Shown here: positions 12,591 to 26,308 of the stretch, piece after piece
How positions within the stretch are numbered: position 1 is the stretch's first letter
Layout of the letters: each line of letters starts with the position of its first letter
Assembly: GCA_051294375.1 (NCBI GenBank)
Contig: JBJCIZ010000028.1
Location: forward strand, 551,623-615,622
Length of the DNA: 64,000 bases
Direction of reading: 5' to 3'
DNA from: Paraspadella gotoi
Lineage: Eukaryota; Animalia; Chaetognatha
The notes under the pieces: model-generated
Database searches by the model: none
Seen by the model: only the letters and a program-made list of their open reading frames with translations
Told to the model about the DNA's origin: nothing
Position numbers and translations under genes: made by a program

Positions 12591-14383
12591 ATGGATTGGG
12601 AAGAAGAAAACGGAGGTAAATTGATATCTTTTGGTTTTGTTGTTTTTCCTGTTGGTTTTTCTTGTTTTAGTTTCGATTTTCGAGTGTTTTTGTTTTTGGT
12701 TTTCGTTAGAGGGAAAGAAAAAAGAGAGAGACGAGGTTCACCCCGACGAGGGACATGACTTGACATGACTTGACATGACATTGACGGTGAAAAGAACGAC
12801 GGAGACGATGACAATGAGACAATGAAAACTACGGCGTCTATGACGACGACGACGACGATGACAACGACGACAAAGTTGTCGACGACGATGACAACGACGA
12901 AGATGAAGATAATAACAACGAGGAACACGTGGATGCTAACAAGGACGCCGGTATCAAATGACATTGACTAAGATGATGGGACGAAAACGATGACAATGAT
13001 GACAACGAATGCAACAACGATGACGACGACGATGCTGACGAAGACGTCGAAGACAACGACATTGAAGACGACAATGACAACGACGACGACAAAGACGCCG
13101 GACGACGACCTTCCGAAATCATTTATTTTCCCAGGGCGAATTTATTCCCCTCCAGCGCCCCCCGCGGGGGAATTGAGCGTCTACGTGGCGTCGGATCAAG
13201 ACGTCATCGTCGTCGGCGTCCACGACGACGACGTCACGATCGGAGAAGTCAAATCGTCCATCGCGTCCATCGTCGCCATGGAAACGGACGAGTTCGAGTT
13301 GTCGGGTGATTTGGCCATCGTGTTTTTTTTTCCCCCCCGTGGTTTCGTTTATTTATTTATATATTTATTTAACTAATATCTTTATTCATTTAGTCATTCC
13401 TTCGTTTAGTCATTGATTCTTTTAGTCGATCATTTATTATTCATTCATTCATTCATTTAGTCATTTAGTCATTTAGTCATTAAATTATTTATTCATTCAT
13501 TCATTCATTCATTTAGTCATTCATTCTTTTAGTCATTCATTTATTATTCATTCATTCATTCATTCATTCATTTAGTCATTTAAATCATTTCATTTCATTT
13601 CGTTCATCCATTAATCATTCATCCATTTAGTCATTCATTCATTCATTTAGTCGTTCATTTAAATGAACAGTTTTTTATATTTCAGACAACGATTTTTATT
13701 TACATTTCATAGGGACCTGTTTCGACTCTTTCATTTTAGAGACTTCATCAGCGTTTGTTCAATCAACAGATTTTTCTCTATATATATTGATTTTGTAATT
13801 TTTTACTTAAAATTATTTGCCCTCGCTGAAAAATCTGTAAATTTTGAACATATTCTAGCATATCTAATTAACTGACTATATTTATTCATTCTATGGTGGA
13901 CTAAAATCCACCAACCGTTCATCAGCGGCCATTGGTGCCGGAGGCAAGTCATTCACCTCCCAACCCAAAGGTCCGGGGTTCTAGCCCGGTGGTCGTCTGG
14001 CAGTTAAGAGGGACGGGCGCTTAACCCGCCTGTAACATGGTGTTACAGCCTGATCCGAAGCTCAGGGACTGCTTATATTGAACGGTTCTATCATTAACAT
14101 ATATCAATAATCACTGTCTCTTCATTCATTCATTCATTCATTCATTCATTCATTCCCTCCCTCCTATCCTTCAAGGATGGGATTCCGCCTCAACACCAAC
14201 GCCGACGACGAGTCTTCGTGAACTCGGTCTCGAGTCCGGACGCAGCCTCGTCGCCATGACGACGTCGACGACGACGACGAAGGAGGACGACGACGACGAC
14301 GACGAAACGAGTCGCGGCGAAGTCAAGAGAAAATCGTCGTCGCCTTTGGACGAATCTGCGGCGAAACGGCAGAAGGTGAGGGT

Positions 14384-14415
<32 letters not shown>

Positions 14416-16614
14416 TTTCACAATTTCTTCTTTACTTCAGATCCTTCCTTCGTTCCTTTTTTCTTTCCTCCCTTCTTCCCGCTCTTCCTCTCTTTCTTCC
14501 TCTCTCTCTCCCTCTTCGTCTCCGTCTCTATCTGAGTCTCCGTCGCCGGGAGAAGCTTCGACGCTCAACCGGAACGCCAACAACGAGGTCGGAATTGGGG
14601 GATCAGGAGTTGGAGACCATTGTTTGAGGAGATCGATGGGTCGGAGATCAGGAATTGGGGGATTGGGAGTCGGAGACCATTGTTTGAGGAGATCGATGGG
14701 TCGGAGATCAGGAATTGGGGGATCAGAAGTCGGAGACCATTGTTTGAGGAGATCGATGGGTCGGAGATCAGGAATTGGAGGATTGGGAGTCTGGAATCAG
14801 GAGATTGAAGATTGGGGATCAGGAGTTGGAGACCATTGTTTGAGTAGATCGATGGGTCGGAGATCAGGGATTGGGGAATTGAGAGTCTGGGATCAGGAGA
14901 TTGAAGATTGGGGATCAGGAGTCGGAGACCATCGTTTCGAGATGATCGCGAGATTGTCTGATCATTAGGGGGGATTCGGATTTTTTTGAGAACCAGGGCT
15001 TGGTGGGGTGATCAATTAGGATTAATTAAAATTGATTAAAAGTTGTATTGATCTAAACGATACGTGGAACAACAACAACAACAACAACAATCATCCACCA
15101 TCATTTCCCCCCGCAACGCAGGGTCCCTCCTCGCGTCGCGATTCGACCTTCACCCTCCACGTCATTCTCGACGAGCGTTCCTCATTCACTCTTAAGCCCA
15201 AGAGAAAAGAGTTTAATCTTAAAGTCTCGGGAAGGCGAACCATCTCGCAGATCAAAGGTGTATAAAATACTGTAGTTAATATACTTATATAGTATATATG
15301 TTCATAGCCTTTAAATCATGCCATGAGCGAAATAATATCACTTCTCATTTTGGGCACCGCATTTGTCTTTTCAAAGCGATTATAGCATTACTGGAGACTC
15401 AAAGTCAATGTCAAATCTATTTTTGATTGATTTGGTCCCCAAAGGGATACTGACACTTTATCTCTTATGACTCACTGTGTACCTATTTTGTAATTTAAGT
15501 TAATAATATTTGGGTCTATGATAGAATAAACAATAAACTTTTATTTAAACTCTTTTACGATAATTTTTAAGAAATATTTAAAAATCTCTTGCCATTTCAC
15601 GTCACGAGAAATACACGTGAAAATAAAGTCACTGCGGCGCAACGCATTGGATGAACCGATCTCGTTTACCCAAATCCTCAACTCTAATTCTTAATCTTAA
15701 ACCTAATTCCTAATCCAACACTCTAATCCATAAACCTAATCCCTAACCTTTAACTTTATCTTTTATAACGGAATTACAATCAACTGATTTACACATTAGA
15801 TCAGAAATAGCCCCCCCCTCTCTAATTTGCCCCCCTCCCCCCTCGCAAAGGTGACGTGGCCTTTCTGACGGGCATCCCCGCCGGGCATCAATCCTGGGCG
15901 GGCTTCCCTTCTCCCCAATTCGATCAACTTTCGGTCGGCGACACTTCGATGGATGCCCGACTGACCAACATTCTGATCAGGAGCAGAACGTCCAACACCA
16001 ATCAGTTGGACGAAGGTGCGGACGAAGGACTCGCGACGGACGGACGGACAGAGGGACGGGCATCCAGATTAGTTTCCGTCGGCCCGACGAACAGCGATAC
16101 CAGCGACGGCGTTGGAAACGTAGAGCCCGCCGTCAGCGACTCGGGTACGTAGATAATAATGTAAATAATAATATTAAAATAATGAATCAATATTAAATAA
16201 ATAATAATAATAAATATTGTAAATAATGTATAATGTAAATAATAATATTAAATGATTATAATGATAGGGACCGGAAGTGTTTGCTGAAATTTTTTATTTT
16301 AAATAATTTTTTAACTTTAATTATCCTCCAGAGATAACAAAAATTGTTTTCTAGATTTTTTTTTAATTTTTAAATTAAGAAAAAGTTTAAATTGTGATTC
16401 AGCAACGAATTTATTTAATGATAAACGGACATGTTTCGGTTCGGTTTACGAACCTTCTTCAGCTGTCCCAAACGCAACGAAAAAGAAAGGAAATTATAAC
16501 AATTTTTAAATTTAATTTATGGATCACTGAATGGCTTAAGAAAAAAATGTTAATGTTATTACATCGTCTCAAAATCTTGATATTGAGGCGACAGTTAAAA
16601 CTATATAAATTATG

Positions 16615-16657
<43 letters not shown>

Positions 16658-18606
16658 AATGATGATGATTTTTCAAGTTTCTTCCCTAAAATATTGTAAT
16701 ATCAAAATATTAAAACGATCCTTCAAAATTAAAATTTCTTCTTTTTTTTTTTTTTTTTTTCCAATTGCTTATGCAACTTTTCGACTCTTTTACCAAAATT
16801 AATAATTTAATAGTTGAAAAGTGATAAATCTTAGTTCCTCTTTTAGCCAAGAGAGGACGCGCGACTCGGCTTGCGGCTCCGGCGTCGCTGAAATGCCCGA
16901 GCCGTTCGTTGATCGACGCGAAGAGATCGGGAGCATCGTCCAACGCGCCTTCGGGGGCGTCGTTGGATGCGTCGAACACGTCTGAGGATTTGAAAGTCGC
17001 ATGGGCGTCGACGGCGTCTTGGTGTATTTCGTCGGCGCCTGGGTCCGCATCGTCAACAGCGGAATCGGCGGCACCTTGTATAAAAGGTTGAAATGTCCTA
17101 ATATGTCCTAATGTCCAAATTAATTGTATATTTATAAAAGGTTGAAATGTCCTGATATGTCCTAAAGTCCAAATTAATTGTATAAAAGGTTGATATGTCC
17201 TTATAAGTTAGCATCGATCTGGGGATAAAATGGATTTTGCTATTCAATCATGCAAATGAGTCTATTTTGAACTTTATAGGTATTTAAACGAAGTAGTTTT
17301 AACTTCTATTTATTTTTTTATTAATATCAATAACGATATTAATATATCAGCAGTAACGATTGTAAAACTGTAAAACGCGGAAAGATTAAAAACTAAACTG
17401 TTAACAAAAATAAAAAAAAACAAAAACATAAGACAATAACGTTAATAAAATAGAAATTTTAATAAAACGTTTAAAACTAATTCGAAAAACACTGCAAAAA
17501 TAAAACGTAAATTGCTTTTAAACTCTGTCTCCACTGTCTGGTGATGAGAGTTCCTCAGCCTCGCGTCGCGAAGTAGAAGAATGAATAAACCTTTCGGCTC
17601 GGCTCTGACGAATAGAGGATCCCTTTATCCACTTCGAGGCTGATAACTACTTAGCCTGGCTAATGGCGCCGTCCTCGAGAATAACAAAAAAAACTATATT
17701 AACCTAATTAATTAATTAATAATTAATTTTTTTTTAAATAACTTTAAACCCGGCTGACTAAAGCATGATAAGGCTCTCTTACATACCGACAAATCGCCGA
17801 CAAACACGATTATTTACCAAAGTAGGAAAACCATATTAAACCAAGAATGTAATAAAAATGAAAATATGAAAATAAGTTTGACGAACTAAAATCCCATTCA
17901 TAGAATTAATCCGACTCAATTTGGCTAAATATATATATTATATATATTTATATATATATATATTTCGGTAGAGGCGCCGGCGGCGGTGGAATCGGGGCTG
18001 TCTTGGTCGACGTCTTCAACTGCGGCGTCCTCTTTGGCTCAGACGGAAGAAAGTTTCGTGCGGAGAGGAAGATCGAGGAACTTGTTGGGGAAGGAAGAGG
18101 AGGAGGAAGAGGCTGAAGATATAGAGGAGGAAGTGGACGAGGAATCCGAGGAGTCCAACGCAGTCGTCAGGGGCGTTAAAGGTGTTTTGGTTTTTGTTTT
18201 TTGTTTTTGTTTATTTTTTAATTTTTTTTTTTTTTTTGTATCTCTCTCTTTCTCTCATTGTCTCCCTTTCTCTGTCTCTCTTTCTCTCATTGTCTCTCTC
18301 TCTGTCTCTCTCTTTCTCTCATTGTCTCCCTCTCTTTCTCCCTCTCTCTCTTTCTCTCATTGTCTCCCTCTCTTTCTTTCTCTCATTGTCTCCCTCTCTT
18401 TCTTTCTCTCATTGTCTCCCTCTCTCTCTTTCTCTCATTGTCTCCCTCTCTCTCTTTCTCTCATTGTCTCCCTCCCTCTCTTTCTCTCATTGTCTCTCTC
18501 TCTCTCAGCGTTTTGCCAAAATCGTCCGAACGTCAACGAAAATTGGTTCTCGTTAACGACTCTACGAAAAGCGTTAAACATGTCATGCGGGGCGCCAATC
18601 ACGTGA

Positions 18607-18702
<96 letters not shown>

Positions 18703-21700
18703 CATTATTATTATTTTTATTAATTATTTTATATTATAATATTTTTTATACATGTTGACCTTCGTTTGATCGTTTATAATCATTTACTTAACTTTTTTTC
18801 ATTCGTTCATACATTCATACATTCATTCATACACTGATTATTTCAGTCATTATTTTCGTTTCCCTTTTGTTCAGCAAACGAAAGCCTTTGATTCTTTTCC
18901 TCTACGACAAAAGAAGCGACAATAAAACCGGCTTTTCGTCCAAGGTACGCAGCCGCCGCCACTCCCGCCGCCGCCGCTGCAGCTGGGGCTGTCGTTGACG
19001 TCGTCGTTGTTGGATGACGTTACCCATGGTTACGCGTTCGCCCATGAGCGGCGTTTGGTCAAAACTTTTCAACATGAGCCCATGTTCCCATCAAATAAGA
19101 CAAGGATCCTTGCCCAGTTGGCCATGTTTTCTAAAAGCTTCCCATATCAGATCGAATTTAGAATTAAATTTATCTTGATGTTAGAGCTCAGGGATAGAGA
19201 TCAGGTTAAAATTAAAATATCATGGTTAAAATTTATTAATTGATTAATTAATTAATTAATTAAAATTTATTAAAAGTACTCAAATTTTTGCATCAATAAT
19301 GTTTTATGATTGAAATGTAGATGCTTACTTTTAACTTGAATGTTGGTTATCGTCGTTATTGTTATCGTCATTATTGTTATTGTTTCAGATTTTCGAGGAT
19401 GAACTTGTTGGGATTTTCATGCATGAATTTTTTATCCTTTGGTTCTGGGACGCGACGACGATGAAAAATAAGAACAAGTTGAAGAATAAAGTGAGTCTAT
19501 CTTTCTTTCTATCTTTCTATCTATCTATTTTTTTTATCTTTTTTTTATTTTACTTTTTCTCGTTTAATTTTTTAATCTTTCTATCTTTGTTTTTTTTTTT
19601 TATAATTATTTTTCCCCTTTTTTTATTATCTTTTTTTTTTGTCCCTCGTGTTCCCTATATCCACCTATTGATCTATTTTTTTACCATTTTAGTTATCCCT
19701 TTTTTTCCTAACCACTTTTTACCCACCCGTTGTGCACATCTTTCGACTCATCTCCTTTGCTATATTTTTAAACCTTTTTATAATAATCATTTATCTACTT
19801 CATCATCATTTAACTTCCCTTCAATCTGCCTATCTACTTCTTTTTCTAACTATATTTCCTTTTACCCTTCCATCTTTCAAACTAGCCTTCTATCCTCCCT
19901 TATATCCTTCAGCTTCGCTTGATCTTTGGTGAAACTCCGCTCATTGACAATTTGACTCCGGAAAATCTTCCAGCGATGTTATTTTTCGTCCGGCAGGTGG
20001 AAAACTGTCAGGCCATACAAACTTTTAACGTGCCTTACATCTATCCGCTGCTTTAAATAAAGATAGAAAGAAAAAATTGAAATAATAAAAAAAAGATTAA
20101 AAAAAAATTAATTAAAAAAATAAAAAAGGCAAAATAATTAAACCAACCCTCAAATTAAATTCTTACAGTTAACACTGTTCCAAGTATTAAATATCTTTAT
20201 TACATATTAAATAATATCCCGGCTCTTGCAACCTCCCAACTCTCTCCAGCGCGGCTTCAATAATGTCGTCGCTGTCCTGAATGCAGACTCCGCATCCTCG
20301 ACAAAGATGTTGGAGACCCTGGCAATGACACTGACGATGAGCGAAGAGGCAAAAACGTCCGACGCTGATATAGAGAAGGACAGTGAGCAACGCCAGGCCG
20401 TCATCAATGCGCAGGATGCAGAATTTCAGGCAAGAATGATCACAATGACAAAGATGTCTAAGATATCATTAAAGCACTGGATGAAGGAGTGGTTAACAAT
20501 GATATTTTTGATGTCAGGCAGGGGAAAAGACTGACAATTAGGATTATCATAATGTTTAGGATAGCAAATACAATATGATAAAATAAATTATGACAATGCT
20601 TAAGACCCCCAAGAGTATAAACAAATTAAAAATTAGGCTAAGCATTAAGGATAAGGATTAAGTTAGGGTTAGGGATCAGGATAGTTATTTGGCATGAGCT
20701 TTGGTTAAGGATTGGGGTTAAGGAATAAGGTTTAGGGCTAGAGATTGTATGAAGAATTTGGTAAGACATTAGGATTAGAACAAAATGTTAGTTCAGGGAT
20801 TAGAAACCCGAAATGGAGCGTTTTTGAAAATTAGTGCCATCATATTATTAATTCTTCCACTCCCCCGAACACTCCCTCAAAGGAATCCCTTCTGTTGGAC
20901 GCGGAGAAAGAAAGGATGAAGGAGGAGATGAAGAAGTGCATCGACGAAATGTTGGAGGAAGCGTCGATCGAGTTGGAGAGTCTACTATATAAAGAACAAG
21001 TCAGGTTGGCAGAAAGTTTTTTGGGGATTTCCGTACCAATGATCGATTGATAAAGTTTCCATATTCTGGTCGTGAAATTAACATTTTAAAAAATATAAGT
21101 TTTTTTCGTTTAATCAAAATGAAATGAATTTTTTTTTTAATGAGAGGCTTAGCATAAACCATTATACCCTGGACTCGGAAATAAATTATTTTCTCGCAAT
21201 AAAAAACCCGAAATAAATATTGCCCTAAAATTCGTAGACTCGTCGCGAACGAGATATTTCAAGAATTTCTTCCGGAGCCGCAAGATTTCGAGATAACGTT
21301 GAGGTGACGGACTCGAGATATGAGCCGCGTGTATATTCAAACTTTACAAATCTCATTTATTTCAGCATTCGACTCATGACGCCCGGCGGTTCCGTTTTGA
21401 CGAGGAAATTTAAACCATCGGATCCCGTGTGGCATTTTTATCAGGTGCAGTCTGCAGAGACGGATTTTTATGTCGGGTCACATTTTAACGCTGCATATTG
21501 CATAAGAGACTTTAAATGTCAGGTAGCACTTTTAAAACGGGGGCGGGGAAAGATTTATGATTGAGGTAAGGAAAAACAAAACTGCTAGTTTTACTTTTAA
21601 TTTTATTGTATTAAATCTTATTGATTGGTCAAAAAGTGAACTCACAAATAAACTTTACTTAATATCTCTATAGATAAAATAGAAAAATTAACACCTATCC

Positions 21701-21934
21701 GCCCCCCCCCCTCCTTCGGCACAGTTCGCTGCCTCCCAGGGATTCCCCGCGAGCCGATTCCGATTTCTCCGAGGGTTTCCGCGTCGCGATTTGGAGACGA
21801 CAACCTCGGGTTTCTTGACGTCCGGTCATCAAGGGTCCCTTTGGGACGCGACGTTCGGCGAAGTTGCCATCGGTTTTCGCGAGACGTGGTTCGTCGTGCC
21901 GCGAGGGTGCGAAGTGGAAAGCGAGATTCGCTGA
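12591..21934 (+). CDS. FAF1: FAF1-like UBX protein (acidic N-terminus, UBL1, UBL2, UAS, coiled coil, UBX), divergent
   Basis: About 17 exons: 12591-12615, 12710-~13135, ~13156-13305, 14176-14375, 14441-14587, 15122-15257, 15851-16144, 16847-17086, 17972-18181, 18509-18602, 18875-18944, 19389-19490, 19913-19996, 20250-20429, 20883-21004, 21366-21444, 21725-21934. Phases are compatible from exon 3 onward. UBL1: TIGEVKSSIAS..ELSGWD..SLRELGL. UBL2: EFNLKVSGRRTISQIKGDVAFLTGIPAGHQSWAGFP. UAS: RKPLILFLYD..FILWFWDAT. UBX: IRLMTPGGSVLTRKF..GFPRRDL. Confidence 0.8.
13925..14155 (+). mobile_element. tRNA-derived SINE with (CATT)n tail, in FAF1-like intron 3 (duplicated at 2990-3235 + and 4816-5047 -)
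   Basis: The head folds like a tRNA: acceptor stem gcggcca/tggtcgt, A-box-like tggtgccggagg, T-arm ccggg-gttctag-cccgg (B box) and a CT-CCC-AA loop. It is followed by ~120 nt of body and a (CATT)n tail. Confidence 0.65.
14590..14935 (+). repeat. ~60-bp minisatellite, ~5 copies, starting at the 5' end of FAF1-like intron 5
   Basis: Unit ggaattgggggatcaggagttggagaccattgtttgaggagatcgatgggtcggagatca. Confidence 0.9.
18240..18715. repeat. Compound (ttctctcattgtctc..)n pyrimidine repeat before an acceptor and an (ATT)n microsatellite after the next donor
   Basis: Visible directly; flanks exon 18509-18602. Confidence 0.9.
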
Positions 21935-22939
21935 CAAGTAGAGAGAGAGGGGGAGTTGATTGGCGGGAGGGGACGTGTCTGATTTTATTTATTGACGTCG
22001 TTTTCTTTTACATAAATTATATTAATTATTTTACGATTGACATTTACATTAAAGAAGTGACAAAATTTTAATTTCTATTTTTAATATTTTATACAATAAA
22101 CGAATTAGCTCGTACGTGAATTAGTTTTGTTTAGTTTAATATCTAATTTAGATAAATTAGATAATTTTTGAAGAATAGCACCCTGTTGTATTCTGTTTTC
22201 ATTTTTATTTTATCTATAATTTGACTATGTAATGATAATTATAATAATAATATTAATATAAAATAATAATAATTAATAAATAATAATAATAATTCCTTCG
22301 TTGATAATATTAATAATAATAATAATAATAATTAATAATAATAATAATAGTAATAATACCATAAAAACAAAAAGTCAAAACCAAACAAAAGGGCAATCTC
22401 AATGTGAGGCGCGGATTTTCTAAGGACGCGTGGATTTTCTTTTGTCGTCTGCTCTTCTTTCATCTCCTCCTCCTCCTCCTCCTCCTCCTCCTCTTTAAAC
22501 TCTTTATAGATCTTCTTCCTCATCCTCCTCAAATTGATTCTTTTCATCCTCCTCCTCTTCTTACTTCCTTTTTATTTCATTCTATTTCCTTTTAACTTTC
22601 TTATCTTCCTCTTCCTCTTCCTCTTCCTCTGCTGCCATCTTGAAAAACAAAGTGAATTAAATAAAAAAATTTTGTCCGCGTCGGCGTATATTTGACCCAC
22701 TAATTTTGGACCGTAATCGCGTCAAAAACGTCACGAAATCGTTGCTATCTCGTCCCGAAAGTCCTACTTCGCGTTGTTAGGTAAGTAAACGTCGGTATAA
22801 ATGGCCGTTGACCGTTATTTTCCCCCGAGATAACCTAGTCTGGAACAAAACTTTTAGCCGAGAGCTCATTCGGCGACGTTCCGGCGTTCCGTAAAGTTTC
22901 CCGGCAAAGTCGTTTCCGGTCGATTCGTTTTAAGAAACT

Positions 22940-25900
22940 ATGAAAAAGAGACGATCTCACTCCGATTGCCGCTCCGTGACGGTTTTCAAAGGTTTATGCT
23001 TGCATGTGCGACGCAAGAGCTTGCGTTGCTTTCAGTGGACGGTGATCGTCATCGTCTTAGTTCTCTTGTTCTGTAACACGAAGAAGCGTCCGTGGGGAAG
23101 TTGCATCATCGACGCCAGCAAAGAGACGGCGGCGAAAGTCAGGTCGTGCGGAGAAAAACTTGTGCCTCTCGTTCCTGGTTCGTTTCGTCCGCAACAAACG
23201 TCGCTCACGTTTTACGGGAAAGCGGGAGAGATGGGCGTCTCTTGGGTGACGTTCGACGGAGCTCAGGTTCGGCGATTCCGACGTTATTTTTCAGCCTAAT
23301 CAATCCGTTTTCAATTTCTAATTGTAAAAACAAATTAAAAAAAACTTAATGACATAAATATTTGCCGACAAGGATTAGGGGTCGTTTTTTTTTTAAGGGG
23401 ATTTAAGGTTTTGGGTAGTTAGTGTAAGGGTGGTTAAGTAATTACTTTTAGCACGAATTTGTTTCGACGTAAGGCGTTTCTAAAATAATACCTACATACC
23501 CTGTTATTCTAACCATCTTGGGCCCCCGCCCTCCCCAGCACGATCACTACGTCGAAGTGAAACGCATGTCATCGTCGCCGACGGCGCCGTCGCCCGAATG
23601 GGACTCGTTCCGCGTTCATCCCTCCGTGTGCCACGTCTTTCTTCCTCGCATCAATGATTGTCGCTTCTCTCTCCTCCACGCGACAAACTTGACCGGATTG
23701 ACTCCCGGCGCCCTCTATTCCTACTACATCTTCTCGGGCCACGTCTCCCGCGAGTTCAGTTTCCGCGCGGGGCGTGGCCCCAACGAGCGATGGACCTTTT
23801 TAGTTTTCGGCGACGTGGGTCTGACGAGAGAGGGCGGAGGGATCGTGGGTCCGATGATCGGGGAGCAGGCCTACGAAGATTACGACGCCATGTTGACCGT
23901 CGGGGACTACGCTTACAATTTGGCGCAGGAGATCGGTGAGGGATTTTTATATTGGAATATTTTATATATTCATTTATATTTATATTTTATTATATATTAT
24001 TATTATTATATTTATATATATTTATATAAATATTTTATATTTTTATATTGTATATGGGTTACTTAATACTTTCGCCGACCGGGGTTAGGGTTAAGGGTGG
24101 TTTAGGGGTGGTTAGGGTTAAAAGGGTTTAGGGTTAGGGTATATATGTAATATTTTTTTTAAATAAGAATTTTTAAGTGTTTTTCAAAAGTCGCCAAAAC
24201 CGCGGTCGGCGAAAGTAAAATTTAGCCTTGTTTTTATATTAGGACAGAGACATATATGTATTGCGACGCGGGGTATCCCACGAACTTTCAGAGACCCTAC
24301 TGGCACGTTTAAAACCGCAACTTCGTATTTAGCCTGAACCGGGATTTCCAAGGATTGAATCCAGGACGCCATGTTGAGAGTTGAGACTTGTTCATTTTAC
24401 CCATTCAGCTATTATGACAAGGCTAAGTACGGACAATGACAAGGCGACATTAGATCGTACCACGACTGTATGTTAATTTTCGTATCTAGTCAAAAAGCTT
24501 CAAAGATTCTATCGACAAACTTTCCCCGCTCCCCTTTTATACATTCTTCTCGCGCTTGAAGGCAAGGGTGAGTTCAAAGCCGACGATTTCAAGCGAGAGA
24601 TCGAGCCGCTGTCGTCTCGTATGCCTTTCATGATGACGCCGGGCAATCACGACGGGTGGCCAGAGATCCCAGGTCCGACCCTGGATATTTGCTTTGCCCA
24701 ATTTAAAGTCAAACCGAATTGATGTATTTTCTTTTTTCGTTGGAATCCCAGCCTTTTACCATTACATGTGGCGGTTTCGACTGCCCGGCGTCTGGCCAGA
24801 CTTCAACAAAAACTTTCGATACTCTGTCGACTTTGGATCAAGTAGGCGATGCCGGCGATGGAATGTCTCATCCTCGAAACACTCACTTAATATAAAAAAA
24901 TCAATCCGATTTTTCCTCCCTCTTCAATTCCCGCTTTATTCCCTCTTTATTTCCCGCTCCGAGTCCAGTCCACGCCGTCTTCATCAACACGGAGCAACTT
25001 TACGACGGCGTTCATCGAAACGTGACGCCAGCCTCCGCCGCCGGCGCCGTCGCTTGGCTCAAACAGGATCTGACGGCGTTTGTGCGAAAGAGATTTACCG
25101 AACGTCCCTGGATCCTCGTTTTCGGGCATGTTACTCCTTATTGCCATGGCAACGACATTCGCTCGATCAGGCTCTTATGCGAAGACGTCACGGAGAAGGT
25201 CAATCCCGTACGTCGCGCGATCGAGGCGGAGCTCAAAGCTTTCGGCGTCGACGTCGCCTTTTGGGGTGACGTTCACATGTACGAGGGGCGTGTGGAATTT
25301 ATACACTGTACAATATACTTTATTTAATACGCGTTTAAACTTGAAGCTTAAATCGCTTAAACATTGAAGTGAAGATAACATAATGTCAAAACCCGAATGT
25401 AAAGATACTAAATATTTAAATCCCGATCCCCGTTTCCGTCGTTCTCTTCCGTGAAAGATACGAACGAACGTATCCCGTGTACGACGGTCGACGCCGCGAC
25501 AAAGGCGGCGACATCTCTTTTCACGAGTACGTGGATCCGCCGGCGACGGTTCACGTAGTCAACGGCGTCGGGGGTTCGCCGCTTTATTCCGACACGATCT
25601 GGACGCCCGGAGGATCCGCGACTCCGTTGAAGCTTAAGATCAAAGAGTGGTCAGCCTTCAGGTCTGACTTTGACGCGAGCCGCACCGTCCCTGAATTGAG
25701 CCGTCTTGGGTACATGTCGGTTATAAAATGTTGAAAAAGAGCTCGAACTTCTTTTGTTGTCTCCCGTAAAATCCTCGAGGTTCTCGGGTCGGTGGAAGCC
25801 TCGGGATTTTAATTTCGTCTTCCTTCGTCGGCGTCGATTTTTCAGGTCGCGCGACGTCGGTTTCGGTCGCCTCGTCGTCTACAACGCGTCTCACTTAAGT

Positions 25901-26068
25901 TACGAGCAAATCTCCGTGGAAGACTGTCCCATGGTAGACGAAGACATTGGCGTGGCTCCTTGCCAGGAGCGGAACCTCCCCGAAATCATCGATCATTTTT
26001 GGATCGTGAGAAGAAACGCGAGTCGTTGGCATCGCGAGAATTCGTCGTCGGGCTCGTCCGAAATCTGA
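22940..26068 (+). CDS. ACP7: Purple acid phosphatase, ACP7/PAPL type (FN3-like N-domain plus metallophosphoesterase domain)
   Basis: Exons 22940-23266, 23539-23935, 24562-24672, 24752-24841, 24969-25278, 25458-25660, 25846-26068. Motifs GDVG, GDYAY, GNHD, VFGH and GDVH.YERTYPVYD; C-terminal WSAFRSRDVGFGRLVVYNASHLSYEQ; N-terminal hydrophobic segment. Confidence 0.85.
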
Positions 26069-26308
26069 TTTAATAAGATTTACTTAAACATAGCTCAGTA
26101 GTATTAATTGTCTCTTCGATTTAATTGGGCTTCTACATAGTTTACCTCCTATTTGCTGGCAAATATGTCTTTTAAATCTGTTGATTTTATCTACATCGAA
26201 TTTTGTGATATTTAATTTATCATTGAAATAAATTATATTTATTCCTCTATAGATTTTTTTTCTAAAACGCGCTCTCGTAACTGAATCGAGACAATCACGA
26301 GTCCGAAA

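Noticed and set aside
13925-13996. Functional tRNA gene
   Set aside because: The D- and anticodon stems do not pair well, and the sequence continues into a SINE-like body and tail.
24081-24140. Telomere-like TTAGGG tracts (also ~15690-15750 and 20660-20740)
   Set aside because: Short, degenerate and intronic; not a telomere or a clear fusion site.
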